Origin: Squalus acanthias
Lineage: Eukaryota
Length of the DNA: 64,000 nucleotides
Direction: 5' to 3'
NCBI GenBank assembly: GCA_030390025.1
Contig: JASTWF010000336.1
Coordinates: forward strand, 186,001 to 250,000
In this document: positions 20,832 through 32,564 of the stretch, one piece after another
Numbering within the stretch: the first letter of the stretch is position 1
Layout: each line of letters opens with the position of its first letter
Translations under genes and position numbers: made by a program
Notes under the pieces: generated by a model
Seen by the model: only the letters and a program-made list of their open reading frames with translations
Databases searched by the model: none
Told to the model about the DNA's origin: nothing

Positions 20832-23800
20832 ATGAAGATAACCATAGCCAGCCTCAACATCAACGGCAGCAGAGAGGCACGCCGTAGATTTAATAACTTC
20901 TCGGTCCTTCGGGAAGGGAGGCATGCGGTGTGCTTCCTGCAGGAAACTCACACCGTTCCGGGAGACGAGGCCACGTGGCTCCTGGAGTGGCGAGGAGGGG
21001 TCAGCATGAGTCACCTCTCCAACGTTTCCGGTGGGGTGGCTATCTTGCTGGCCCCGCATTTTCAGCCGGAGATCTTGGGGGTCAAGGAGCATGTGCCGGG
21101 CCGCTTGCTCCAGGTCACTGTTCGTCTGGGGGGCGTGCCGCTCCATTTAGTGAACGTGTACGCCCCCCAGCCCGGTGCGCAGCAAGTGCGCTTCTTCGAT
21201 GAAGTGTCCGCTCTTCTGGGCACCGTCGACGTCGGCGAGTGCATCATCCTCGGGGGGGATTTTAATTGTACCCTCGAGGCGAGGGACCGTTCGGGCCCTT
21301 CGCGAAGCCTGACGGCGACGGTGAAGTTGAGGGACCTGGTCGGGTCCTTCGACTTGGTGGACGTCTGGCGAAATCTCCATCCCGACTCCAGCGCCTTCAC
21401 TTGGGTGGGGTCTGGAGGAGGAAGGTCCAGAATCGACCGCCTTTATATTTCCCGGGCGTACGTCTCCTGCGTTCCGGCGGCTTCCATGCGGCCGGTGCCG
21501 TGCACGGACCACCACCTGGTGTGGGCGGAGCTCGCTCCGTTGCAGGCGCCGGGGGGGTCCGCGTACTGGCATTTTAACAACCTGCTGCTGGAGGACGTGC
21601 GGTTCCGGGATTCGTTTCGCCGGTTCTGGGCCGACTGGAGAAGGAAGCAGGGGGGCTTCCCCTCCTTGAGGCTATGGTGGGACGTGGGCAAGGCTCACGT
21701 CCGTCTCTTCTGTCAGGAGTACGCGAAGGGGTCGACCAAGAGGCGGGAGGCCCGGGTCGGGCGATTGGAGAAAGAAGTGCTCGACCTGGAGTCCCGTCTC
21801 GGTCAAGTCGTCGAAGACCCGGCCCTGCGGAAGGTGTACGAAGAGAAGAAGGGCGCGCTGAAGGACCTGCAGCTGGTCGGGTCCCGAGGCGCGTACGTGA
21901 GGTCGCGAATCCAGTTCCTGCGGGACCTGGACCGCGGCTCCCCCTTCTTCTACTCGCTGGAAAAAAGACGAGGGGTCCGTAAGCAGCTCTTGGGGCTGCT
22001 GGCCGACGACGGATCTCTGGTCTCGGATCCGGAGGGGATCAGCGCGGGGACCCGGGCCTATTACGGGGCTCTGTTCTCTCCGGATCCGTCCAGCGAGGAT
22101 GCGCGCAGAGTTTTGTGGGAGGACCTGCCGAAGGTCGGCCCGGAGGGCGCCGAAGAATTGGACGCTCCGCTAAGTTTGGCGGAGCTGACCGGCGCCCTGC
22201 GCCAGCTCTCGAGGGGAAAGTCCCCGGGGCTGGACGGGCTGACCGTGGAGTTCCACAGGGCGTTCTGGGACGTCTTGGGGGGCGACTACGCGCGGGTCCT
22301 GGGGGAAAGTCTGGCGACCGGGGAGATGCCCCTCTCTTGGCGCAGGGCGGTTATCGTCCTGCTGCCCAAGAGGGGTGATCTCCGCCTTTTAAAAAACTGG
22401 CGCCCGGTCTCCCTCCTCAGCACGGACTATAAAATTTTTGCCAGGGCCATGTCTGCCCGCCTCGGCACCGTGCTGGCCCACATGATCCACCCCGACCAGT
22501 CCTACACGGTCCCGGGCCGGACAATCCACGACAACATCCATCTGGTCCGGGACCTGGTCCACCTTTCCCAGAGGACTGGTCTGTCGGTCGCCTTCCTTTC
22601 CCTGGATCAGGAGAAGGCGTTCGACAGGGTGGATCACGAGTATCTCTTCGGGACTCTGCGCGCATTCGGGTTCGGGACGCATTTCGTCGCCCGGATCCGA
22701 CTTCTGTACGCCGCCGCGGAGTGTCTGATTAAAGTTAACGGGTCTTTGACGGCGCCCCTTCGCTTCGGGAGGGGGGTGCGTCAGGGATGCCCCATGTCCG
22801 GTCAGTTATATGCCGTTTGCGTGGAGCCTTTCCTGCGCCTCTTGCGGAAGAGGTTGACGGGACTGGCTCTGCAAGGGCCGGGCATGGAGGTCGTCCTCTC
22901 GGCTTACGCCGATGACGTGCTCCTCATGGTCACGGATCCCGTCGACCTGCGGAGGATGCGAGAATGCCAGCAGATTTACTCGGACGCATCCTCCGCCAGG
23001 ATCAACTGGGAGAAATGTTCTGGACTCCTGGTGGGCCAGTGGCAGGTGGACTCCCTGCCGGAGGAGTTCAGGCCCTTCGCCTGGAGCACAACACACCTCC
23101 TCTACTTGGGAGTCTACCTCAGCCCTGCCGAGGACACCTGGCCGGCGAACTGGCAAGAGCTGGAGGCCAAGGTCACCGCTCGCCTAGGACGCTGGACGGG
23201 GTTGCTCCGAGTGTTGTCCTACAGGGGTCGAGCGCTGGTCATAAACCAGCTGGTGGCCGCCATGTTGTGGTACCGGTTGGTCACTTTGATCCCTCCCCCT
23301 GCGTTTGTCGCCAAGATACAGAAGATGCTCATCGACTTCTTCTGGGACAAAAGGAAGCACTGGGTCTCTGCCGCGGTTCTGTGTCTCCCGCTTAGGGAGG
23401 GCGGTCAGGCGCTGGTGTGCCTTCGCACCCAGGCGGCGACTTTCCGTCTTCAGACGCTGCAGAGGTACCTTTACGTCGAGAATCCTCCCAGATGGTGTGC
23501 GCTGGCGACGTATTTCTTCCGCCAGATGCACGGCCTCAACTACGACACGCAGCTCCTGTTTGTGGAATTGGGCCGCACGCGAGCCTACCTGTGGGAGCTG
23601 CCTGTCTTTTACCAGGAACTGCTATGGGTCTGGAACCAGGTCGCCTCCAGGCGGAGTTCTCCCCCGTCAGGAGTGGCGGCTCTCCTTCGGGAGCCGCTGT
23701 TCAGGAATCCGCACCTCCACGTCCGACGGATCGGCTGGCTGGCGGAGGGCAGGGCTGTGCCAGGCAAGGTGACCAGAGTCAGGGACCTGCTCGATGGCGG

Positions 23801-24731
23801 AGGAGCGGGCTGGATGGCGCCAGAGGAGTTGGCGCGGCGCCTCTCCTGGGCAGACGTCTGGCGCGCGGCCAAAGCCATCGAGTTGCTGAAAGTGGCACTG
23901 GGCCCGGACTCCACTAGGTGTATCGAGGAGGCTCAAGTACGTGGGGCGATCCCGTCCGAACTGACCTCCGTTCGGACGGAATTCCTCATCGGCGCACGGC
24001 CCCGAAACCCCTCTCGGGAACCGGCGCCTCACAACTTGAGCCGTCTCGGGGAAATGCCCTCTGTGCCCTTCAGTTCTGCACGGAGGGGTTTCCTGTACGG
24101 GCTGCTCCTGCACACTTTCCACTTTGTCATCTTCGCCTGCCGTCCGGACACGCCTTGGCGTGCCATCTTGCCGTCCGGCGGAGGCGAAGGTCCCCAATGG
24201 AGGGCTCTCTATGCGGGAGTACTCCCCTTTTCTATTGGGGACATGGCCTGGAGGGTGTTGCACGGAGCAGTCCCGTGCAATCGGTTTTTAAGTAGGTTCA
24301 CGGACTCCCAGGCCGCCTGTCTTTTTTGCGGCCTCGAGGAGTCCGTGTTCCACGTTTATGTGGAATGTGAGAGGTTGCAGCCCCTCTTTGAATATTTGAA
24401 GGGGCTGCTCCTCGCTTTTTGGTTGCACTTCAGTCCCACGCTCCTGATCTACGGTCACCCGGTGCGGAGGGGAGAGAGCAAGTCGGAGGACCTCCTCGTA
24501 GGACTGCTCCTGGGCCTGGCCAAAGTGGCCATTAACAGGTCCAGGCAGCGGGCGGTCGAGGGGGTCGTTCGGCCCAATTGCCTGCCTCTCTTCCGCGGCT
24601 ATGTTCGCGCCCGGGTGGCCCTGGAGATGGAGCATGCGGTGTCCGCCGGCACACTTGAAGCCTTCCGAGACCGGTGGGCGCCGCAGGGACTGGAGTGCAT
24701 CGTTTCCCCGGGAAATGTTATTTTAATTTAA
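20832..24731 (+). CDS. Unit 1 ORF2 (APE-RT-Zn finger), intact
   Basis: GDFN, TDHH, YADD, CLFCGLEESVFHVYVEC. Confidence 0.95.
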   Translation: MKITIASLNINGSREARRRFNNFSVLREGRHAVCFLQETHTVPGDEATWLLEWRGGVSMSHLSNVSGGVAILLAPHFQPEILGVKEHVPGRLLQVTVRLGGVPLHLVNVYAPQPGAQQVRFFDEVSALLGTVDVGECIILGGDFNCTLEARDRSGPSRSLTATVKLRDLVGSFDLVDVWRNLHPDSSAFTWVGSGGGRSRIDRLYISRAYVSCVPAASMRPVPCTDHHLVWAELAPLQAPGGSAYWHFNNLLLEDVRFRDSFRRFWADWRRKQGGFPSLRLWWDVGKAHVRLFCQEYAKGSTKRREARVGRLEKEVLDLESRLGQVVEDPALRKVYEEKKGALKDLQLVGSRGAYVRSRIQFLRDLDRGSPFFYSLEKRRGVRKQLLGLLADDGSLVSDPEGISAGTRAYYGALFSPDPSSEDARRVLWEDLPKVGPEGAEELDAPLSLAELTGALRQLSRGKSPGLDGLTVEFHRAFWDVLGGDYARVLGESLATGEMPLSWRRAVIVLLPKRGDLRLLKNWRPVSLLSTDYKIFARAMSARLGTVLAHMIHPDQSYTVPGRTIHDNIHLVRDLVHLSQRTGLSVAFLSLDQEKAFDRVDHEYLFGTLRAFGFGTHFVARIRLLYAAAECLIKVNGSLTAPLRFGRGVRQGCPMSGQLYAVCVEPFLRLLRKRLTGLALQGPGMEVVLSAYADDVLLMVTDPVDLRRMRECQQIYSDASSARINWEKCSGLLVGQWQVDSLPEEFRPFAWSTTHLLYLGVYLSPAEDTWPANWQELEAKVTARLGRWTGLLRVLSYRGRALVINQLVAAMLWYRLVTLIPPPAFVAKIQKMLIDFFWDKRKHWVSAAVLCLPLREGGQALVCLRTQAATFRLQTLQRYLYVENPPRWCALATYFFRQMHGLNYDTQLLFVELGRTRAYLWELPVFYQELLWVWNQVASRRSSPPSGVAALLREPLFRNPHLHVRRIGWLAEGRAVPGKVTRVRDLLDGGGAGWMAPEELARRLSWADVWRAAKAIELLKVALGPDSTRCIEEAQVRGAIPSELTSVRTEFLIGARPRNPSREPAPHNLSRLGEMPSVPFSSARRGFLYGLLLHTFHFVIFACRPDTPWRAILPSGGGEGPQWRALYAGVLPFSIGDMAWRVLHGAVPCNRFLSRFTDSQAACLFCGLEESVFHVYVECERLQPLFEYLKGLLLAFWLHFSPTLLIYGHPVRRGESKSEDLLVGLLLGLAKVAINRSRQRAVEGVVRPNCLPLFRGYVRARVALEMEHAVSAGTLEAFRDRWAPQGLECIVSPGNVILI

Positions 24732-24753
24732 TGCACTCCAAGTTGTCCGCTTC

Positions 24754-25165
24754 GCAGAAGGCCCAAGGTGGAAGACCCGGAGGAGAGTGGCCTGGGCGGG
24801 AGGCCCAGCACGGAGAACCCCAGGCGGGGGGCCCAGGGCGGGGCGGCTGGTCGGCAGAGGTGGAGTCGGGAGATGCGGTTGCTTCACCCCGGGTGCTCGT
24901 GGGGAATGCCGGTGCGGAGGGTCCGGTGCAGAAGGCCCAAGGTGGAAGACCCAGAGGAGAGTGGCCTGGGCGGGAGGCCCAGCACGGAGAACCCCAGGCG
25001 GGGGGCCCAGGGCGGGGCGGCTGGTCGGCAGAGGTGGAGTCGGGAGATGCGGTTGCTTCACCCCGGTGCTCGTGGGGAATGCCGGTGCGGAGGGTCCGGT
25101 GCAGAAGGCCCAAGGTGGAAGACCCAGAGGAGAGTGGCCTGGGCGGGAGGCCCAGCACGGAGAAC
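24754..25165 (+). repeat. 174-bp tandem repeat, about 2.4 copies
   Basis: Same unit as 16787-17354. Confidence 0.9.
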
Positions 25166-26519
25166 AATTGAGTGGATGGTCGGGTGGGCTGGTGCCAGTG
25201 GGACTGGCGCGGAACAGGTTTCTTGGGTTATTGGAGTGGATGTTATATGTGGCATTTAGTTGGATTGTGATGGTGCTATGTGTTTGTACACTGTGGTGTT
25301 GAAATGGGTTGTTTTATGTGGAGTTAAGTGAGATGTATTATTTTAATATAAAAAAAAAGTGTGGTATTGTTTGGGGGTATTTGTACTGTATTTTGATGGA
25401 TGAATGTAATGGTTTTACTATGTAATTTGTATTATTGGTTTGAATAAAAGATTCACACCCCGAGTGCGGCCCCAGGCCCCATTATTCGGACACCCAGGCG
25501 AGGACAGACGGAGGCAGAGGCTGAGGCTGCGAGGGACTCAGCTCAACACGGTGCTGCGTGAACGGGTGAGCGCCGTTTGCTGAGAAGAGGAGGGGAAAGG
25601 AGAGGTCTCTTTTCTCTGTGCCTAGAAGGAGAAGGAGCCACGAAGGACAGAGTGGAGACCTTTTCCACCTCCACCACGCCTGCAGCTACAGCTACAACCA
25701 CAACTGCTGCTGAGGTGAGAGAGGAGAGGAGAGGAGAGAGAGGAGACCAGCAACAGCAACAGAGGGAAGCCTTTCCATCACTGCCTCCCCAACTGGTCTC
25801 CATTACGAGAGAGGGAGAGAGGGGAGAACAAGACCAACATCTGCTTGGAAGGAGGGAGAGCGAGCCTTCGAGAAGGAAAACAACATCGAGAGGTGGGTGT
25901 TAAAAAGGGCACTCTCCAAAAGACTTTGTATTTGAGGTGGGGGGAGGAAAGAAGAAGGAGAAGACCGGGATAGCAAGGGGTGTGTGTGAGTGTGTGTGGC
26001 TCTTGCTAACAACTTGGCCACACACACCATCAACAAGCACCCCTTGCCTATTGCTTCACATTTTAGAACATTGTTAAGACCTGGTTGTAGACTGAGCCTG
26101 GGCATCTCCAGCTTTATTTTTTCCCAGGTGAAGACATCTTCTCCCCCCACCAGAAGAACATCAACAAAGACTTTATTTATCATCGAAGAGTGCCCCCCCC
26201 CCCAGGAGGCACCCACCCACCCACTATCCTGAGTGGCGAATAGGCCCATGCGGCCTTCCCCCTTTCCTCCTTCCCACCCCCTCTCTCTCTCTCTCTCTCT
26301 CTGCCTCTCTCTAATGAGGCACCTCAAACCTTATTTATTACCCAATTGAGCAGAGGGGAGAAGGCCACTCCCAATTCCAATCATAAAAGGGAGAGGTGTG
26401 CCTTCTTTTTCTCAAAACAACCCCCTCTGCTCGGGGGAAAAGACAAAAAAACCCAAGGCCACTTAAACATCACCCGGCCTGTGACTTGGGGTGGGTGTAG
26501 CCCTTTATACCACCTCAGT

Positions 26520-28611
26520 ATGGCGAGCACATCTTCGCCGGCGGCGGGGCAAGCAAGGTCGTACGCGGGTGTGGCAGCCACGGCCACAGCTGGTCCCGCT
26601 GCTTCTGCTGCCCCGTCGCCTTTCAGGCTATTGACAAAAAAGCTGGGGGTGAAGAGCTACACTCACCCCAACATGACCATAGAGGCTTGCGTCAAAGCCA
26701 TGGCTGGGGTAGTCGGCCCCTCAGCCATCGTTGCGGCCTCTAAAATGTACGGTAAGGCTGTGTTCTTCCTGCGGTCGGAGCGGGCGGTGTCCCTGGCCGT
26801 CACCGAGGGGCTCACCGTGGGCGGGACCTTCCTGCCGGTGGATCCGCTCGAGGCCACCGAGCAGCGACTCATACTATCGAATGTCCCGCCATTTGTTCCG
26901 GTTGAGCTCCTCCTCCCCCACCTACGTCAACTGGGGGAGGTGAGGTCGGGGATTAATCCGATCCCGCTCGGCTGCAGGGAGGCCAGCCTCCGGCACGTCT
27001 TCTCCTTCCGGCGCCAGCTGTTTATCCAGCTGGCGCGGGAGGAAGACACGGAAGGCGCATTTAGCATAACACACGAGGGGACCGCCTACCGCGTCTTCTG
27101 GACGTCGGACGGTGTGCGGTGCCATGCCTGTAAGGAGGTGGGGCACATAAGAAAGAACTGCCCCGCCTCCAAGGCCGCCAAAGCATCTGAGGCGGCCAAG
27201 GCTGGCGCCGCCGCCGCTCCTCCCCCTGTTTCTGTCCGCACGTCTGCGACACCCGATGCGCGGTCGACGCCGGAGGTCAACGCCGTCGCGGCGTCCGGCG
27301 AAGGGGAGGGGGAGCGTCCGACTGGAAGGAAGGCGCGGAGGAAAAGCAAACACCTTCAGGCGGGTCCCCTTCACATATATGATGACTTACCCGAGCTTAC
27401 GCCCCTACACCTTGCGCGGGTGGCGGCGGAGTTCGAGAATGCGAGGGACCTTGTGCCCGGGCCTGCGGCCGCATCCGCCAAGGCGGCAAAATCGAGACCT
27501 GCGGCCGTGACCGGGCCCGGGACCCCCGAGCAGACCGATCGACAGGGGGGAGCGGAGGTGGAGGCCTCGGTGTGCATGGAGGTCTCCCAACCTTCGTGTC
27601 CCTCCTCTTCGAAAAGGAGGCGCGACATCCTGGATGAGGGGGAGGACCGTGAGGAACGGGATCCCCCCTCGCAAGGGGAGTCGTTGCCCGCCGCGGGTGC
27701 TGCGCCCCCCCCCCACCGACACCATCACCGAGATCCGGCAGGGGCCGCCTGTCCCCCGGGAGGGCATGACAGATGAGTCTGTCCAGCCTGTGCCTCCCGG
27801 GGATGGGGGAGAGGCCCTGCTCATGGGGGGGGGGGCCGCGGAACTACCCGCGGTGGGGAGTTACGCTGATCCGTTGTTTCTCGCCAGGTCGGGCATCCTG
27901 GGGACCGGGGCGGGCGAGGCCGATGAGGCAGAGCCCGCCGTGTACGGTCAGGACCACTCCCAGGCACTGCTCGACCTGGTTGAGCAATATAACCAGGGTA
28001 CCTGGTCCGCTGGGTCGGAGGATGGTGGCGGTGAAGGGGAAGGCCCCCTGACTCCGTCTGCGACGCTGGCGCCGGGGTTGTTGAGGGAACTGGCACTAAT
28101 GTGCTCCCCGGTTTCCCTGTGCACCCCGGTGCCGGGGGCGGAGGGGGGCCCCGAGCCGCCGCCGCTTCCTGACCCGGCGCCTCTGGAGGAGCCCAGGGAG
28201 GACTCCTCTGCTGCCGATCCTGGGGGTGGGATCGGGGCAGAGGTAGGGCTGGCCGATGGCGACCCCCCGGAGGAGGACGGGGACCCGGCGGAGGACACTG
28301 AGGATGATATGGAATCCGTCGCCAGTGAGGCGGCGGATGCCCTCGTGCCCTCCTCCGGGTCCCCCCTCATCCCCGTTGTGGAACTCCGGGACTTTGTGGC
28401 CATGGGCCAGGGTCGCCAGGATATAATCCGGCTGGCCATCGATAAATGGTCGGATCTGGCGCTGCTCGTTTGCTCCGTCCGCGCCGCAGTCAAAACCATG
28501 GGCGCGGACGGGGGCGTGGGCCTGGCCGAGCGGCGTCGGATCCAGAATTTCCTCGCTGGGCTTGGAAGGGAGTGGCGGTCGACTAGCGGCCGCGCTCCCT
28601 CCTCCCGTTAG
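26520..28611 (+). pseudogene. Unit 2 ORF1, frameshifted at a C run near 27710
   Basis: Split into ORFs 26346-27776 and 27634-28611. Confidence 0.75.
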
Positions 28612-28642
28612 AGTAAGGTAGAGGTTGCACTATGCTCTTGTC

Positions 28643-31600
28643 ATGAAGATAACCATAGCCAGCCTCAACATCAACGGCAGCAGAGAGGCACGCCGTAGAT
28701 TTAATAACTTCTCGGTCCTTCGGGAAGGGAGGCATGCGGTGTGCTTCCTGCAGGAAACTCACACCGTTCCGGGAGACGAGGCCACGTGGCTCCTGGAGTG
28801 GCGAGGAGGGGTCAGCATGAGTCACCTCTCCAACGTTTCCGGTGGGGTGGCTATCTTGCTGGCCCCGCATTTTCAGCCGGAGATCTTGGGGGTCAAGGAG
28901 CATGTGCCGGGCCGCTTGCTCCAGGTCACTGTTCGTCTGGGGGGCGTGCCGCTCCATTTAGTGAACGTGTACGCCCCCCAGCCCGGTGCGCAGCAAGTGC
29001 GCTTCTTCGATGAAGTGTCCGCTCTTCTGGGCACCGTCGACGTCGGCGAGTGCGTCATCCTCGGGGGGGATTTTAATTGTACCCTCGAGGCGAGGGACCG
29101 TTCGGGCCCTCCGCGAAGCCTGACGGCGACGGTGAAGTTGAGGGACCTGGTCGGGTCCTTCGACTTGGTGGACGTCTGGCGAAATCTCCATCCCGACTCC
29201 AGCGCCTTCACTTGGGCGGGGTCTGGAGGAGGAAGGTCCAGAATCGACCGCCTTTATATTTCCCGGGCGTACGTCTCCTGCGTTCCGGCGGCTTCCATGC
29301 GGCCGGTGCCGTGCACGGACCACCACCTGGTGTGGGCGGAGCTCGCTCCGTTGCAGGCGCCGGGGGGGTCCGCGTACTGGCATTTTAACAACCTGCTGCT
29401 GGAGGACGTGCGGTTCCGGGATTCGTTTCGCCGGTTCTGGGCCGACTGGAGAAGGAAGCAGGGGGGCTTCCCCTCCTTGAGGCTATGGTGGGACGTGGGC
29501 AAGGCTCACGTCCGTCTCTTCTGTCAGGAGTACGCGAAGGGGTCGACCAAGAGGCGGGAGGCCCGGGTCGGGCGATTGGAGAAAGAAGTGCTCGACCTGG
29601 AGTCCCGTCTCGGTCAAGTCGTCGAAGACCCGGCCCTGCGGAAGGTGTACGAAGAGAAGAAGGGCGCGCTGAAGGACCTGCAGCTGGTCGGGTCCCGAGG
29701 CGCGTACGTGAGGTCGCGGATCCAGTTCCTGCGGGACCTGGACCGCGGCTCCCCCTTCTTCTACTCGCTGGAAAAAAGACGAGGGGTCCGTAAGCAGCTC
29801 TTGGGGCTGCTGGCCGACGACGGATCTCTGGTCTCGGATCCGGAGGGGATCAGCGCGGGGACCCGGGCCTATTACGGGGCTCTGTTCTCTCCGGATCCGT
29901 CCAGCGAGGATGCGCGCAGAGTTTTGTGGGAGGACCTGCCGAAGGTCGGCCCGGAGGGCGCCGAAGAATTGGACGCTCCGCTAAGTTTGGCGGAGCTGAC
30001 CGGCGCCCTGCGCCAGCTCTCGAGGGGAAAGTCCCCGGGGCTGGACGGGCTGACCGTGGAGTTCCACAGGGCATTCTGGGACGTCTTGGGGGGCGACTAC
30101 GCGCGGGTCCTGGGGGAAAGTCTGGCGACCGGGAAGATGCCCCTCTCTTGGCGCAGGGCGGTTATCGTCCTGCTGCCCAAGAGGGGTGATCTCCGCCTTT
30201 TAAAAAACTGGCGCCCGGTCTCCCTCCTCAGCACGGACTATAAAATTTTTGCCAGGGCCATGTCTGCCCGCCTCGGCACCGTGCTGGCCCACATGATCCA
30301 CCCCGACCAGTCCTACACGGTCCCGGGCCGGACAATCCACGACAACATCCATCTGGTCCGGGACCTGGTCCACCTTTCCCAGAGGACTGGTCTGTCGGTC
30401 GCCTTCCTTTCCCTGGATCAGGAGAAGGCGTTCGACAGGGTGGATCACGAGTATCTCTTCGGGACTCTGCGCGCATTCGGGTTCGGGACGCATTTCGTCG
30501 CCCGGATCCGACTTCTGTACGCCGCCGCGGAGTGTCTGATTAAAGTTAACGGGTCTTTGACGGCGCCCCTTCGCTTCGGGAGGGGGGTGCGTCAGGGATG
30601 CCCCATGTCCGGTCAGTTATATGCCGTTTGCGTGGAGCCTTTCCTGCGCCTCTTGCGGAAGAGGTTGACGGGACTGGCTCTGCAAGGGCCGGGCGTGGAG
30701 GTCGTCCTCTCGGCTTACGCCGATGACGTGCTCCTCATGGTCACGGATCCCGTCGACCTGCGGAGGATGCGAGAATGCCAGCAGATTTACTCGGACGCAT
30801 CCTCCGCCAGGATCAACTGGGAGAAATGTTCTGGACTCCTGGTGGGCCAGTGGCAGGTGGACTCCCTGCCGGAGGAGTTCAGGCCCTTCGCCTGGAGCAC
30901 AACACACCTCCTCTACTTGGGAGTCTACCTCAGCCCTGCCGAGGACACCTGGCCGGCGAACTGGCAAGAGCTGGAGGCCAAGGTCACCGCTCGCCTAGGA
31001 CGCTGGACGGGGTTGCTCCGAGTGTTGTCCTACAGGGGTCGAGCGCTGGTCATAAACCAGCTGGTGGCCGCCATGTTGTGGTACCGGTTGGTCACTTTGA
31101 TCCCTCCGCCTGCGTTTGTCGCCAAGATACAGAAGATGCTCATCGACTTCTTCTGGGACAAAAGGAAGCACTGGGTCTCTGCCGCGGTTCTGTGTCCCCC
31201 GCTTAGGGAGGGCGGTCAGGCGCTGGTGTGCCTTCGCACCCAGGCGGCGACTTTCCGTCTTCAGACGCTGCAGAGGTACCTTTACGTCGAGAATCCTCCC
31301 AGATGGTGTGCGCTGGCGACGTATTTCTTCCGCCAGATGCACGGCCTCAACTACGACACGCAGCTCCTGTTTGTGGAATTGGGCCGCACGCGAGCCTACC
31401 TGTGGGAGCTGCCTGTCTTTTACCAGGAACTGCTATGGGTCTGGAACCAGGTCGCCTCCAGGCGGAGTTCTCCCCCGTCAGGAGTGGCGGCTCTCCTTCG
31501 GGAGCCGCTGTTCAGGAATCCGCACCTCCACATCCGACGGATCGGCTGGCTGGCGGAGGGCAGGGCTGTGCCAGGCAAGGTGACCAGAGTCAGGGACCTG

Positions 31601-32542
31601 CTCGATGGCGGAGGAGCGGGCTGGATGGCGCCAGAGGAGTTGGCGCGGCGCCTCTCCTGGGCAGACGTCTGGCGCGCGGCCAAAGCCATCGAGTTGCTGA
31701 AAGTGGCACTGGGCCCGGACTCCACTAGGTGTATCGAGGAGGCTCAAGTACGTGGGGCGATCCCGTCCGAACTGACCTCCGTTCGGACGGAATTCCTCAT
31801 CGGCGCACGGCCCCGAAACCCCTCTCGGGAACCGGCGCCTCACAACTTGAGCCGTCTCGGGGAAATGCCCTCCGTGCCCTTCAGTTCTGCACGGAGGGGT
31901 TTCCTGTACGGGCTGCTCCTGCACACTTTCCACTTTGTCATCTTCGCCTGCCGTCCGGACACGCCTTGGCGTGCCATCTTGCCGTCCGGCGGAGGCGAAG
32001 GTCCCCAATGGAGGGCTCTCTATGCGGGAGTACTCCCCTTTTCTATTGGGGACATGGCCTGGAGGGTGTTGCACGGAGCAGTCCCGTGCAATCGGTTTTT
32101 AAGTAGGTTCACGGACTCCCAGGCCGCCTGTCTTTTTTGCGGCCTCGAGGAGTCCGTGTTCCATGTTTATGTGGAATGTGAGAGGTTGCAGCCCCTCTTT
32201 GAATATTTGAAGGGGCTGCTCCTCGCTTTTTGGTTGCACTTCAGTCCCACGCTCCTGATCTACGGTCACCCGGTGCGGAGGGGAGAGAGCAAGTCGGAGG
32301 ACCTCCTCGTAGGACTGCTCCTGGGCCTGGCCAAATTGGCCATTAACAGGTCCAGGCAGCGGGCGGTCGAGGGGGTCGTTCGGCCCAATTGCCTGCCTCT
32401 CTTCCGCGGCTATGTTCGCGCCCGGGTGGCCCTGGAGATGGAGCATGCGGTGTCCGCCGGCACACTTGAAGCCTTCCGAGACCGGTGGGCGCCGCAGGGA
32501 CTGGAGTGCATCGTTTCCCCGGGAAATGTTATTTTAATTTAA
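28643..32542 (+). CDS. Unit 2 ORF2, intact
   Basis: Same motifs as unit 1. Confidence 0.95.
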   Translation: MKITIASLNINGSREARRRFNNFSVLREGRHAVCFLQETHTVPGDEATWLLEWRGGVSMSHLSNVSGGVAILLAPHFQPEILGVKEHVPGRLLQVTVRLGGVPLHLVNVYAPQPGAQQVRFFDEVSALLGTVDVGECVILGGDFNCTLEARDRSGPPRSLTATVKLRDLVGSFDLVDVWRNLHPDSSAFTWAGSGGGRSRIDRLYISRAYVSCVPAASMRPVPCTDHHLVWAELAPLQAPGGSAYWHFNNLLLEDVRFRDSFRRFWADWRRKQGGFPSLRLWWDVGKAHVRLFCQEYAKGSTKRREARVGRLEKEVLDLESRLGQVVEDPALRKVYEEKKGALKDLQLVGSRGAYVRSRIQFLRDLDRGSPFFYSLEKRRGVRKQLLGLLADDGSLVSDPEGISAGTRAYYGALFSPDPSSEDARRVLWEDLPKVGPEGAEELDAPLSLAELTGALRQLSRGKSPGLDGLTVEFHRAFWDVLGGDYARVLGESLATGKMPLSWRRAVIVLLPKRGDLRLLKNWRPVSLLSTDYKIFARAMSARLGTVLAHMIHPDQSYTVPGRTIHDNIHLVRDLVHLSQRTGLSVAFLSLDQEKAFDRVDHEYLFGTLRAFGFGTHFVARIRLLYAAAECLIKVNGSLTAPLRFGRGVRQGCPMSGQLYAVCVEPFLRLLRKRLTGLALQGPGVEVVLSAYADDVLLMVTDPVDLRRMRECQQIYSDASSARINWEKCSGLLVGQWQVDSLPEEFRPFAWSTTHLLYLGVYLSPAEDTWPANWQELEAKVTARLGRWTGLLRVLSYRGRALVINQLVAAMLWYRLVTLIPPPAFVAKIQKMLIDFFWDKRKHWVSAAVLCPPLREGGQALVCLRTQAATFRLQTLQRYLYVENPPRWCALATYFFRQMHGLNYDTQLLFVELGRTRAYLWELPVFYQELLWVWNQVASRRSSPPSGVAALLREPLFRNPHLHIRRIGWLAEGRAVPGKVTRVRDLLDGGGAGWMAPEELARRLSWADVWRAAKAIELLKVALGPDSTRCIEEAQVRGAIPSELTSVRTEFLIGARPRNPSREPAPHNLSRLGEMPSVPFSSARRGFLYGLLLHTFHFVIFACRPDTPWRAILPSGGGEGPQWRALYAGVLPFSIGDMAWRVLHGAVPCNRFLSRFTDSQAACLFCGLEESVFHVYVECERLQPLFEYLKGLLLAFWLHFSPTLLIYGHPVRRGESKSEDLLVGLLLGLAKLAINRSRQRAVEGVVRPNCLPLFRGYVRARVALEMEHAVSAGTLEAFRDRWAPQGLECIVSPGNVILI

Positions 32543-32564
32543 TGCACTCCAAGTTGTCCGCTTC

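Larger units (their letters stand above)
17657..25453 (+). mobile_element. Tx1 subfamily A, array unit 1
   Basis: ~1-kb leader, ORF1, ORF2, 174-bp repeats, AATAAA tail. Confidence 0.9.
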
